From positions 83,514,001 through 83,578,000 of the forward strand of contig OX597817.1 of the NCBI GenBank assembly GCA_951406725.2: 64,000 nt of DNA, read 5' to 3'. Every line of letters begins with the position of its first letter. The first letter of the stretch is position 1. The position numbers and the translations under genes were made by a program. The notes beneath the pieces are model-generated. The model worked only from the letters and a program-made list of their open reading frames with translations, did not search any database and was not told where the DNA came from. This document shows positions 28,575 to 41,504 of this stretch, one piece after another. Source of the stretch: Octopus vulgaris (lineage: Eukaryota).

Positions 28575-29525
28575 TTTATTATATTAAGGACATTACAACA
28601 CGTAAATGCCTCACGCTATGAGGGACGTTTGAAGTCAAAACTACCATAATAGATATACAGTGTACCGAGAGTGAGGGAATGCAACCTGGAAGTCCTCTTT
28701 TAAAAACAGATTCAGCCGCAAATCATTTGATTTTATAGTTAGTATACATAATCCACTTTCCAGTCGTCAGTGCAGGCATAATCAAGTCACATAAAACTGA
28801 ACAAAAACATGCCAGACGAACACCAAATGTATCCAACATAGCACACAGAAATGTAAAAGGCAAGCTTGAATGAAACTAGAAATCTAAAAGGGCTGAGTAA
28901 ATTAATTTGGTCTCCTAAGGAACATAATAAACAATTTGATTTAGACTGGAATATTCTATTTAAGTCGTTTCCTTATGATAAGGGTAAATCTTATTGTTCA
29001 CTCTGTAACGATGAAATGTTTTTCATCCTGTTCTCAAAAACCCTCTTGTAAACCCGTTTAAAGAACGCGTTTATCGTTGCATGCAATGGCAAAAACATAC
29101 GCTCCTATAAATAATTTCTACCGATATATAGAACTCGAATTTTAGCTGTTTTTTTACATTTCATATCTACTAAATATATTTATTTCCACAGCTTGAAGTT
29201 TTATACCTATTCATGCATCGCTTAATATTTCTCCACTATTCGTTTTCTGCTAATTTCTTTCTTTCTCCGCCTTCTCTATCTATAAATTGCCTTTGACGTT
29301 ATATCTATTAACGGCTTTTTAAAAAATAACATGCCAGCGTTCTCTTCATTATACACGCAGTCATCACATTCTGTTAAAATGTCTTGTTGATGCGTCTGCT
29401 TTCTCTTTTTTCCTCTGATAAGAATATTACGTTGTTTTACATCATCTTATTCCTTCTGGAATAATACCAATGTTTTCTTTGAAACATACATCGGAAATAT
29501 AAACAATTGAATATCACCTGCATTT
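28575..29525 (+). mobile_element. Penelope-like element relic: GIY-YIG C-terminus and 3' pLTR
   Basis: LSKLIWSPKEHNKQFDLDWNILFKSFPYDKGKSYCSLCNDEMFFIL matches the PLE endonuclease tail. Degenerate tcct-CTGATAA...GAAAcatacaTC-gga at ~29411-29495. 28578-28650 is homologous to the arms at 58478-58612. Confidence 0.7.
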
Positions 29526-29538
29526 AGCTCCATTTATA

Positions 29539-29624
<86 letters not shown>

Positions 29625-29693
29625 TATATGTATGTATGTGTATATATATATGTGTGTGTATAGATGTGTGTATGTATGTATATATATGTAATG

Positions 29694-29741
<48 letters not shown>

Positions 29742-29808
29742 TGTGTGAGTGTATGTGCATATGTGTATAAGTGCTCATGTGAGCACAAATATTCTAATAT
29801 AGTATTAC

Positions 29809-29886
29809 GAGCATATGGCGTAGTAGTTAGTAGCGCGAGCTACTAACCCCAAGATTCCGAGTTCGATATCAAGCAGTGACCTGAAC

Positions 29887-29921
<35 letters not shown>

Positions 29922-30131
29922 CAACAACAACAACAACATCTAAAAATACATTAGGAATGAGAATACAGGTTCGAAATTTCCCCAAGGCACCTGAAGAAGG
30001 CTGGAGGGTATATCAGCCGAAATGTTGTGTTAACAACAAACAAGATGAGGACAAATATCCGTCGAATGTAAATAATGTAAATCATGTAAATAATGTACAT
30101 AATTCCTCATCTCTTAAATATAGAACTGTAT
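29809..30131 (+). mobile_element. tRNA-headed SINE with internal (TAA/CAA)n and a hammerhead-bearing 3' part
   Basis: A-box tggcgtagtag (29816), B-box gagttcgatatc (29859), repeat spacer, hammerhead at 29986-30031. Confidence 0.75.
29986..30031 (+). ncRNA. Minimal type I hammerhead ribozyme candidate
   Basis: ggcac-CTGAAGA-a-ggctg-gagggtatat-cagcc-GAAA-tg-TT-gtgtt: intact core, perfect 5-bp stem II, stem I of 3 Watson-Crick plus 2 GU pairs, minimal stem III. Confidence 0.65.
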
Positions 30132-30144
30132 ATTAGGTGGATAT

Positions 30145-32480
30145 TGTGATGTAAAGGAAGAAAAAAGACAGAAGCGAAGGGCGAATTATGATAGTCTTAC
30201 CTGTCGGTTCGGATAGTGGGTCACTTTCAACATCCACGTGCTGTTACGATCTCCAAGGTTCACTCCACCTCCACGTGCGCTACCTTCTCACACGTCCGTT
30301 CTGATGTGCGGTTCGCCACCGACTGACCCTCGTGCTTCACTGAATGCCGCATATCTACCGCGGCACTTCCAGTGGGATCCACAGGCCCCACTTCCGACAG
30401 GACATGCCTGCTCCCTCACTTCCGATACTTGCGTACAACACAGTCTGGTTCATAACACAACACGCCCCCTGATTTGAAGATCATTCAACCAACCTGCCCA
30501 CGCCCTCTTCTCAACTCCGACTACACGCCTTAACTTTTATCGTAATCAGCCAACCAGCGGGGAAGGCAACGCTCCCTCTGCGACCGCCCTGGGACTTCAG
30601 GGCTGGCCTCAGTTCCTGGCATCTTCCTGTCGGCTACGTCCTTTTGTTCATTACTGTTGGTCTCATCCTCCGTGGCAGTGATAACCCTACGCACATTCAA
30701 AACATGTCATTGCATGCCATCTACGGGTACGTTGTTCCTCGAATTCACAGAGGTTATTGTCCCCTTTTCCCACTGTGATGTGCACTGCGCATTTGGGGGA
30801 TTAACCCAGACTTCTCCGACCTGCATAAATGTATGCTCCTTCTCTTCTGCAGGACGCGGCGATGCAGTACATGGATGCCTCCACTCGTACTTGAATGTTG
30901 CTCTGTGTGGCACTGACTCCTCAGCCTGTCTCGTCCTGGGCGACATATTTTGCTAAAAAAACGGCCTCGACCTGTGGGATATGGCCCCTCTCTGCTATGG
31001 TCTTGATGGTACGATGATGCCTCTCCACAACCATATTGCAAATTGGCCGGTATGCCGCCCTGAAGAAACGGCTGACATGCCGCCTGCTCGTCTTTGAGCC
31101 CAGTACTGGGATTTCATTCCCTCTCCGAAACACCAACACGCCAACCTTGTCTCTCTGTAGCTTGACTCCCAGGGCAGCTCCTCCTTCCATTCCTTTCGGT
31201 GGTTTGGCAGTTAGCCTAAAACTCTTCAGGTGGCTTATGACCCCCTTTGCCGACACTATGCTCTCTCCCAACAGGATGTCATCGATATAGGAATTGGTGG
31301 CTCTTTTCACTTTTTCGGTCTTTCCCGGGATGGTCTTGAGAATTGTCGCCACAATCTTCGGTGCTGAATTCAGCCCGAATCCCAACCTGGTCAGGCAGTA
31401 CGTCCGTCCTTTATACTTCACCAGCTGATATCTCCACAGTCTCTCAACCACATGAAGCAGCAGGTATGCCGACTTCAAATCGACGATTGTGGACGCTCCC
31501 GTCATGTGCCTCCACTCACAGCAAACTCACAGCACATAGCACCCCCGCATCACCGAACACTCACCGGCTTCATTGACCGTAACACCTCCCAAGCAGACAA
31601 TGGCATGCACCCACATCACGACATCGATGGATGTGGTGATGGGGATGCAGCCTGCGCAACACGGGGAGCGTTATGACCTCCACAGCTATCTGCGGAGGCC
31701 ATTCGGGATCCCGTGTGCAGGTCAAAGTTACTCCCTTAGGATGTTTTTCCAACACTTTCTCCACCTCTCCGCCTGTGTAGAAGAAAACAAATAATTCGTC
31801 TTCCTCCAAGGACAAGGTAGTCACTTCTACCGTCGGCGGCACAATTCCCACCGACAGTGGCTCTTCCCCCGCCGGTGGCACAACCTCCACCGACGAGGTT
31901 CCGGGACATTCCGGTACTATGTCACCGACTGCCGTTTCTCTTCACTTTTTCTTCTCAGCTGAGGGAGGGTGTGTGTTCTTCGTGACCGGGAGATTCGCAT
32001 CCCCTCCCTCATCCATAGGAACCTTCGGTGAGCACCCATTGTTGCTCACCTTCTTCCTCATGCAGCCCTTCTTCGAGGAGTACTCCGCCTTCGTACCCTC
32101 TTCTACAGAGGTCTCAACCAACTGCTCCAGGACCTTACTTTGTTCTTGGAGACAGTTTTTCTTTATATGACCAGGCTTCAGGCAGCGATGATATCTGGCG
32201 GGGGCGACCCTCAAGAATCACCGGATACCCAGAACCGGCCATTTTCAAAAAGTCCGGAAATACCAGATTCTTGGCTGATTGTGTCCACGGGGTCAACACC
32301 GCTTTTGAACCCACCCTATCAGCCGCAGGCAAAATTTTACATTGAGAAGCTTGGCTCCGCTGCCACCCAGACCCCGGCGGATAGTGTCTGCAATCCATTC
32401 GGTTTCTATTCCGGGTAGCAAACCACAGACCCAAGCCGTTGTCAACTTCTTCCCACAATACGTGGTGTCAAATAGCAGCA
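30145..32480 (-). mobile_element. Gypsy-type LTR retrotransposon relic: gag CCHC, protease, RT, integrase C-terminus, PPT and 3' LTR (~30145-30462)
   Basis: RT IVDLKSAY..RLGFGLNSAP..SYIDDIL; integrase remnant VERHHRTIKTIAER and VGEVWVNPPNAQCTSQW; knuckle RCLKPGHIKKNC; PPT agggggcg next to the TG-ended LTR. RNase H and most of the integrase core are missing. Confidence 0.88.
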
Positions 32481-32792
32481 ACACCGTCGCATATGGAAAT
32501 AAATTTTATAGTTGGCATATACTTCGCCAACTCTCGCTCTATGTCTATTTTTTGGAAGAGGACGATGGTGTCGAGCGACTTGGATTATGTCCTCAACACC
32601 ATCGTCCTCTCTTCCAAATCCACTTCTTGGGTGGGACAATCTCCCACTCCAAAACAATGTCCTGTTTCTTTGTCATGTTTTTTTGTACGAAAAAGTTCAA
32701 CAGAAGATCCAGACGGTTGAAGGCAAAAAGTTCGAAATAAAGAAGGAAGAAAAAAGAAAACAGTTCAATAAAAGAGTCACAAAAGAAGATGA

Positions 32793-32832
<40 letters not shown>

Positions 32833-33379
32833 AAACAGTTCAACAGTTCAAAAAACACAGAAAATTCTCCGGCCACTAGGTATCCAGGCCTATTGGTAAT
32901 CTAAATGGAAACCGGAACACAACGACTGGGACACAGCTTCCACAAATTTTATAAAAATTGGTGAAGAAGTTCAACTATTTTTGAAGGCGAGATACGCCAC
33001 CAAAACAACAATTTTCACAATTAATTGAGAAAAACTATTCACTTAAAGTGAACAAATTGTTTCCACAAATTTCGCAAAAGCTTGGTGAAGTTCAACTATT
33101 TTTGGAGGCGAGATACGCCCCCAAAACAACAATTCTCACAATTAAGTAAGAAAACTTATTCACTTAAAGTGAACAAATTTTGCCCAACTGTAGGCAGACA
33201 AGAGTTCAGAATCCAGTGAAGACTTCTTGTTTGTACAAAAATAATTACAGCAAACAACAAACCCCCACTGGATCCAAAAAATAAAAGTCTTACCTTACAG
33301 TTAAGCTTCTTTTTCAATCAATATTTCGCCAGCTCTACACCAGCGTGGCGACTTCTTTCAGCGCTACTAAAAACACTGA
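32481..33379 (-). mobile_element. Probable LINE (L1/Tx1-like) 5'UTR and ORF1 start
   Basis: Broken ORF EERTMVLRT*..IERELAKYMPTIKFIS and tandem ~123-bp UTR repeats; family assigned only by resemblance. Confidence 0.4.
32939..33180. repeat. Two ~123-bp direct repeat units
   Basis: cacaaattt..ttggtgaag..ttcaactattttt..aggcgagatacgcc.ccaaaacaacaatt.tcacaattaa..ttcacttaaagtgaacaaatt occurs twice. Confidence 0.9.
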
Positions 33380-33428
33380 CATGTGCATTGGGAAGCAAGT
33401 TTCTTATCACACAGCCACGCCTGCGCCT
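33380..33428 (-). mobile_element. Isolated 5' head of SINE family A
   Basis: Reverse complement aggcgcaggcgtggctgtgtgataagaaacttgcttcccaatgcacatg. Confidence 0.75.
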
Positions 33429-34730
33429 AAGTATATTATTGTCATAATTCTAGCTTTTCTTTCTCTTTTCTTTCTTTTTATCTTGTTTTACTTTTATTTT
33501 TTATGTCATTTTCATTTTTCTGTTCGCTACATAAAAGATGCAATATGGATTAGAAAATTTATCTACAATGAGTTCAGAGTAAAAAGTCAGGTTTCTGTTG
33601 TACAATTCAAAAATAATTTTCAAATATGAAAAGAATGAAGAAGAAGAAAAAGAGAGCAGACAGGAGAATGTCAAACAGAAAATAATCGTGATCAATTTAT
33701 AAGCATTTATTAGTATAAATTTGCGAATACGATTACACATACTAGTATAAACTTATGCGCACATCACACACACACATATATGTATTCACACAACCGCAAA
33801 TATACAAACATACATATGTATCCGCATAATCATTAACATGTATGTGAGTATATAGTTATATATGTATTTATACACTCGCATCCAAACATGCTCGCACATA
33901 CACACATACATATATTCTCATATAAATGGATATTTATCCGTGTATATACCACTGTACACATCCATATGCAAAAATGAGCGTATAAAACTAATCTGAGATA
34001 GGAAAGGAAAGATATATTTCTTGTCTGTGTCTGTGTTTGTGTGTTGTTCATTGCTGTTATCTCTTTCACATTTACATTTGAGAATGTATTCGTATTTTTG
34101 ATAATTTCTCTTATCATAGTATTATAAGGATATTGAGTTGTAATATTTACATGGATTCTATTAACTGAACCGCTGTCTTTATCTAGAGTATATTGATTAA
34201 AAATGGAAGATTTCTTTTCGTTGTAGCTGCTCGAGTTATCCTTGAATTGCTCACTAATGCCATGAAAAGGTATACGAAATTTCTGACCTTATACTCGATA
34301 TGCGGTTTGTAATATATATATATATATATCAACCACTTTCATAAATGCCCAACACAAAAGAGAACTCAGAGATAATCGATTTAATAGGTTCGAATTTCGA
34401 TTTTAAGGTTAGATTCTCGAAGGGTTCATCTAAATTTATGAGCTATTTAACTAGTAATGTTTTACAATAGAATAATTACGTATGAAGTTGTGATAACCAA
34501 CACAATACCTTATATTATAGAAATAGATATCACACAACCATAGTATGATGTTTATAGATGCAACACCTATAAGAGTAGAACGATGATCGACCAGTGAGTG
34601 ACCTTATAAGGCCAAAGACAATCTACAAAATTTCAATTAATCCAAAAGCCTCAAACCTGAACAAGGAAAGCAAGGAAGTATTTTTAGAATGACAAAAAAA
34701 GATAACAAAAGCGTTTGTGTAGAAAAATTC

Positions 34731-34807
34731 GAAGGCTGCCTCTAAGACTCGAACCTACATCTCTTGTACATATGCCAGGAGTTCTACCACTGTACCAAAG
34801 CAATCCT
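34731..34807 (-). pseudogene. tRNA-like sequence (SINE head or tRNA pseudogene)
   Basis: Minus strand has A-box tggtacagtggtaga and B-box ggttcgagtct; the acceptor stem is imperfect. Confidence 0.5.
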
Positions 34808-34999
34808 TCTCTATTCATTTTCCGCCTTTTTTTTCTCCTCCTTACGTGGCCATTTGCCATTCCTCTGTGTCACCTTCATTGGACGACAAGTGGGAAGGGG
34901 AGGGTATTGGGGTCTATTTCTGAGTGTTGGTGTTGGAGCTGGTTGGTGACAGTTGGGATGTGGTGTATGGGTTTTTTGTGTGTGGGGTATGAGTCCTTT

Positions 35000-35035
35000 T
35001 GTTTTTCTTTTCTTACTTTGGTGCTTCGATAGTTG

Positions 35036-35067
<32 letters not shown>

Positions 35068-35860
35068 GGTGGTGGTGTTTCTGTTCTTGGTGGCGCTGAT
35101 GGTAGTGTCGTTTGGTTGGATTAGCTTGTTGGTTGTTGACGCTCTTTCATTTGTTGGTAGAATTGTTTTATTAGCTGCACATATGGCGGTGTGGGTAGCA
35201 GTGCTGGTTTTTTTATTTGGTTTTTGGTTTTCTTGTTTTTGTAGTTGTTTTTGCTGTTGATTTTTCTTGCTGTGGATGTTGTTTTTATTGTTGTTGTTGC
35301 TGTTCCTTTTTCGAAATTAAGCAATCAATTTTTTAAAACTGGTTTTTGCTGCCACAGAGGTGACAGCGTGGTCTTCTGCCTTCAACGGCGACATGTAAAG
35401 CGGTATCGTCAGATCTGGTATATTTTCTATCGTCTCTTGATTGGCTTGAACCAAGATTTCGAAAGCCTGGCCTATCCAGTTCTGATGATCAAGGACGGCA
35501 ATTTCCAAGATGTTAATGACTTGCTCGAAATTGCAGCAGATTACCCTACGACCTAGGTACGTAGGGATCATTACTATTTCACCAGACTCAAGTGATTCTG
35601 TAGAGTAGGCTATGGTTTGCTCCTCTCAATCAAACTTGACATCGACTGTGGAAAATCTTTTGCCCTTGTAGTATATTTTTTTATGTGCCCATATGGGCCT
35701 TAAACAATTTTCAGTTGTTGATTTATGTTTTCGGGTTTCCTCGTTTTTTAATTTATTGTCTTGTATATAATTGTTTTTTGCCAATATTTTCTAAAATTTG
35801 TTGAGGTGTGCTTGGTTTTATTGTATTACCCTCCTTAGATAAAAAGGGTCTTGTTTCCAT
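35000..35860 (-). mobile_element. L1/Tx1-like ORF1 relic with zinc knuckle
   Basis: MIPTYLGRRV..NWIGQAFEILVQ..IPD followed, after a frameshift, by VEGRRPRCHLCGSKNQF*KIDC (~35321-35397). Confidence 0.55.
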
Positions 35861-36116
35861 TAATTGTTATGGCGTAAATGAAACAACTCGCTTTCTTTGA
35901 CTCACAACCGAAGCAAAGTTACTTTGTGTTGGTGTTGGTGTTGTTGTTGGTGTTGGTGGTGGCGGTGGTGGTGGTGTTGGTGGTGGTGGGGACAGTAGTG
36001 GAGACAGTGGTGGTGGCAGTGGTGGTGTCAGTAGACATTTATTCATTCTTCTTGATTTCTTTTCTCACTTGCTTGCTGGGAACGCTGTTGTAAGTATGTG
36101 TGTTGATGTTGTTCAC

Positions 36117-36205
<89 letters not shown>

Positions 36206-36232
36206 TGTTTGTGTGTGTGTGTGTATGTGTGT
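36117..36232. repeat. (TG)n microsatellite
   Basis: Direct reading. Confidence 0.97.
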
Positions 36233-36439
36233 AAATGCGATTTATTGCTTTCTATCTTTCCTGCAGCGTTCGCAATGCAGGGAAACTAAGGTCCATGCAA
36301 GTTATCCATTTTTCAGAACCGATTCAAAAAAAGTTTTTTAATGAAATTTCAATTGCAAAAATACATCCGAAGCGGGTGGATTTTCGTAAGACTGCTTCAC
36401 TCAGACGAAAGCCAATGTTGTTAACCAACTGTTGAAAAA

Positions 36440-36890
36440 ATTTCATTATAAACAAACATGAATTTTAACATGATAACTTGTCAGTTAAGTCAAATAAGCA
36501 AATACAATCATTCATCAACAGATGCTTGCGTAGTATACTTAAAATTAGATGGCCCGAACACATAAGCAATATGGAGCTATGGCAAAGAGCAAATGAAGTT
36601 TCGATTAGGGAGCAAATACCTAAGAAAAAGTGGAAGTGGATTGGTAGCACAATTAGAAAAGACACACCAAATGTAGTGAAAAGTGCTTTACAGTGGAATC
36701 CGGATGGATATAGAAAGAAAGGTAGGCCTAAGAATCGTGGCGTAGATCAACACAAAAGGAACTAGAAAAAAGGGGACATTCGTGGCAGAGTATAAGTACA
36801 GAAACGAAAAATTATGCGACATGGAATTCAACAATAAGTGGCCTATACTCCGCGTTGGAGGGTTAAAGGCAGAAAAAAGAAAATAAACAA
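36440..36890 (+). mobile_element. RTE-clade LINE 3' fragment
   Basis: FINRCLRSILKIRWPEHISNMELW..KWKWIGSTIRKD..ALQWNPDGYRKKGRPK is the canonical RTE RT C-terminus. Confidence 0.88.
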
Positions 36891-36934
36891 ACAAACATAA
36901 ATATGCAGACGCAAACGATGACAACCAAGCACAC

Positions 36935-37330
<396 letters not shown>

Positions 37331-37645
37331 GCCCCCAACACAAAGGTGCGTGTGTGTATAAGATAGTATGTATGTGCGTGTGAAAGAGGGCTGGTGGTCT
37401 GGACGTGTGTGTGTATGTATGCGTGGGTGTGGAGATGTGGGGATGGGTATGTGGGTGGTGTAGTGTGATGTGATGTGTAATGTCGTATGGTGTAGTGTAG
37501 TGTGGTGTGATGTGGGGGAGGCGAGAGTGGGGAAAGCACAGGTGGAGTGTGGGTTCGGCTGGGGGTTGGGGTAGAGTGGGGGTTGTGGGTAGGTAGAGGG
37601 TGGGGTTAGAGGGGAGGTATGTGGTGAGGGGTATGGGATATGAGT

Positions 37646-37722
<77 letters not shown>

Positions 37723-38649
37723 CTGTAGATATAAATATAGCTGGCAACAGATTCAACGTTAGAACGACCACTTCGCGGGGGATTGATATACCAACGACGT
37801 TTGTAACGGACAAATGCAAATGCAAGTAAACATCGTAGTTGGCCAGCAGAATGTCGACATGTTCACTAGCAGGAGATGGCGAATGGCTTTCATGTAACAG
37901 TTATCATGGTTGAAGGGTATTAACATGTACTCTCAACATTATACAATACCACTGTATGTTGACAAATTTATGCAAATCAAGAAAGCTACCTCATTAGATC
38001 ACCAGAACATCATGGTGCATAGATATTTCTCTTTCTTTTTCATTGCCAGATTTACAAAGTTCTCAACTATTAACCGTTGGCTTCCATAGTTAATGTCAGT
38101 GTTAAGTTGTGTAAAGATTTGACATTGGGTCAAAATATATATAACATTTTTGTTGTGGTGTACGTATGACGTCTAGAACCATGCCTGTATAACCAGTTAT
38201 CCTCGACTGCCTCATTATATTACAGCTATTTTTCAAAATCCATTCATTAACTAGACAAGGCCGCTTTAGTTAAGAAGTTATTAGTAAGTAATTTTTTGCA
38301 AATTATGGAAAAGAGTAGTTTCAATGATAAGTTAGCTTTATAGTTAGACAAGTTCAGTCTGTAATAAAAACGAAAAATGCAGAAAAATTAGCTTCCACTC
38401 ACCACCCAATTTTCCACTAGATATCAAACATTGATGTAAGTAAAAATTTTGTGCATTTGTTAATAAGCATTAACTGCAGATGACTCTATCAATTATTTAA
38501 TATAGACGACGCTAAGATATAGCCCTACGACTAACTCTCGCAATATCATATCTAGAAAATCTGTGACTCTAGAAATAATAATGTATTCTCTTTTGATATT
38601 TACAATGAAATTGATGCCATAATCTATTAGTTAGCATGTCCCCTTTAAG

Positions 38650-38830
38650 TGAAGTGATCACGACCAAACATTATATCGACATGACAGAGGGCAACTTCAA
38701 GAATCGTTACCTGAATTAAATTTCCTTTCGATGGAATGAAAGATAAATATGATAGCACGATCAAAGATGGGCGTATAGATAATTTTAACATTAAACTACT
38801 TACAATAGATTGTAAATGGAGCTTTATGAA
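38650..38830 (+). mobile_element. Penelope GIY-YIG relic
   Basis: TKHYIDMTEGNFKNRYLN*ISFR resembles the YIGxTEGxFKxRY..H..SFR motif. Confidence 0.5.
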
Positions 38831-39239
38831 CTGCTTTGATTAGTTTGAGCACCACAGTCCAATGAAATTTCACATTTTAACCATTTCAACTTAATATTTC
38901 AACAAAAGATCAAATATTTTCTGGAACAGTTAGAATAAGCTCTGACTCGATGATGGCATATTGTAACATTTACGGGAAGCTTTATGGTATAGTGAATGTT
39001 TACAGTAAGCCTTTCCGCAATGCTGCATTAACTGTTTTGCATTTAATGGTGTTGAGTTCATTTTTTTTTCTTAAACGGGAATTCAGTTTTTACCAAAAGT
39101 TGCCAATTTTGCTGTCAAGCATAATACTGAAATAAAAATAAGAATACAAACCATATAGTACTTTTTATTGTTTAATATACATAGCACACAACATGTTTAA
39201 TTACACATCTTATAATTGATATTTCTGGCAAACCGGAGT

Positions 39240-39900
39240 TTCCGCTACTCAAGGAGTGAACTTTCTCTTAGCTGCTTTGCATGAATAACTTGTGTCATGA
39301 AAGTCTCTTTGCAGAGACCAGTAGTAGGAAGTCATCATTTTTGCATTGCACCTATCTTGATACCTATTCTCCATGGTCTCGAAGTCTTGCTGGAATCTTT
39401 CCCCTTGCTCATCACTTATCGCACAATAACTGTCAGAGAAGTAGTCCAGATGACTGTGCAGGAAATGCGCTTTTACAGTGCTTGAAATGACTTCATGGTT
39501 TCCAGGAAATGAGACACAACTGCAGCAAAAGCATTCCACAGTTCTTTATTAACGCCAGACATGGTCTTCAAAAACTTCTCGTCCTGCAACCTAATAAATG
39601 ACCCGTAAAACACACCAACCTTAATTAAAAGCTGGAAACTTTCTGCTGAAGTATTTCAAACGGTCACTGTTTCAGTGTTTCCAAACATGTTTTACCCACT
39701 TTATGGGGTGTCCAGGCTTTGTCATCAACACCCTGTTTCATGCCAAAGTAGTAAGGTAAGCTTTCTTCACGAAATATGTGATCTTGTTTTGCTGCCTTGG
39801 TAAAGTGTAACATCCATATATATAGCAAAAGACAGTTGGGTTGTTTTCCGTATTTTCTTCTCTCACAACTAGCCATATTTTTGAAATACAAAACATCTAT
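39240..39900 (-). mobile_element. Internally deleted Chapaev3-like (CMC superfamily) DNA transposase relic
   Basis: N-terminal YFGMKQGVDDKAWTPHKVGKTC joined closely to C-terminal HFLHSHLDYF..ISDEQGERFQQD..MENRYQ..YWSLQRD. Confidence 0.72.
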
Positions 39901-40814
39901 TCAAGCCAGTTGTCGCCTGAGAAAACCAACTTCAGAATTGTCAATACTTATAAAGTAAGCAAAACATAGTGGTGGCAAAGTTCCGTAAAGAGCATACAAA
40001 CCATGAAATTTCTTTCTACAGTTCTTTGAGCATGCTTGTCAAAGTTTAACCTTGATCCATGTGACCTCACAATTAAGACATTAAGGGCGCTTTCAAAATA
40101 CCACTTTGTATAAGAAATAGTTAATGGTTCAGCAAAACATGGCTCACCTGGTTTGCAATGATCGTCACACTAAATCAAGCACAGCGTGGACATATCTGCA
40201 GACGAATTGCACAAATATAAGACACGGATGTTGTCAAGGACCACAAAAATGCGTTGTTTATTGATATCTTATTGTATAAAGTTCATTCCTGTCATCATTA
40301 TGACATTTAAAACTGGTTAGATTGAAAATAGTGTGACTTGCTCATGTTTGATGTTTTTTATTGACGGAAGCAACATAAATTATGACTTTTGTCTTCACTT
40401 TGAATTTCATTTAATTGAATTTAATTGCATTGAATTGCATAAAATGATATCGGAAAACTATGTTCTTAAATTTACGTCAAGCTCCATTCTTGGGTCTGCA
40501 TTTGATGAAGCCAAATCTATCCTTAGAAATGGTGACTGTACCAGAAATGTTGAAAAATGGACATTTCAGTTCGTGAGAAATTTTGACAAGACATTTCATT
40601 TTTGAAATCGGCCCCAAAGTTACTACGAAACATGTCTCCAACACCAGGCATGTTCCCCAGTGTAACAGATACGCTGATATTGTATACACACAAACACACA
40701 CACACACGTATTATCTCTCTCTGTCTTACTTTCTTTTCGTGTATATACAGGGTATTTGTCAAGTAACGCAACACACTAGAGCATTAAGGAATACATATAC
40801 ATATACCCCAAAGA

Positions 40815-40974
40815 AACATTCCACTGGCTCGAGGAACCCCTGTGTAATAATTTGATAGTCTTATGCACACATATCTGCACAGGAGACTTAAAAATTACTG
40901 CCTATTTTAGCAGTTTTGTAACTTCTTGTGGAACCCCTGGACTGTACTGGCGGAACCCTGGTTGAAAACCACTG
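40815..40974. mobile_element. hAT (Charlie-type) MITE terminus
   Basis: Ends ggaaccctggttgaaaaccactg (reverse complement cagtggttttcaacc) with repeated subterminal ggaaccc. Confidence 0.6.
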
Positions 40975-41029
40975 ACATATATATTTGAACGCTGATTTTT
41001 ACTCTTTTATATAATTAGACTACAATCAG

Positions 41030-41504
41030 TGAACTAAACGAAGAATTATAATAAAGAAATTTATGAAACGTAGATTCCAAATTATGCTCAAAGATAGTTC
41101 TGAAAATGCTCGCCATTTTTTTTTTAATCCAATGATCAATTCGGGACCGGACAGATTGGCACACCTTTTGGCACAATTCTGTGTCGATCTCACGGACAGC
41201 ATTTTATATTTCCGCTCAAAGTTGAACGATGGTACGCGGATTGCGACCATATAGCCGATCTTTTAATACACGTCAAAGAAAAAGGTTACATTGGGTGAGG
41301 TCGGACGACCGGGCTGGCCATTTAACTGGCCCTCTTCGTCACCAGCAGAGTCAATGTTCGCTCAATCCACGCGCCAGGAAACTTGTCATCCAGCCAGTGG
41401 CGCACTGGCAAGGAATAATGTGGTAGTACCCCATCCTGCTGGAAGTAAAGGTCGCCTGCTTGCTCTGCCACTTGTAGCCAGAACCAGTTTTAAAGCATGT
41501 CAAG
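41030..41504 (-). mobile_element. Tc1/mariner DD41D (rosa/Visitor-like) transposase, C-terminal half
   Basis: YFQQDGVLPHY..VRHWLDDKFPGAWI[insertion]GRRGPVKWPARSSDLTQCNLFL. Removing the insertion gives 41 aa between the 2nd catalytic D and the 3rd catalytic position (here N). Confidence 0.8.

Noticed and set aside
30921-31505. Active or domesticated reverse transcriptase
   Set aside because: Truncated N-terminus, RNase H deleted, neighbouring domains frameshifted and no 5' LTR
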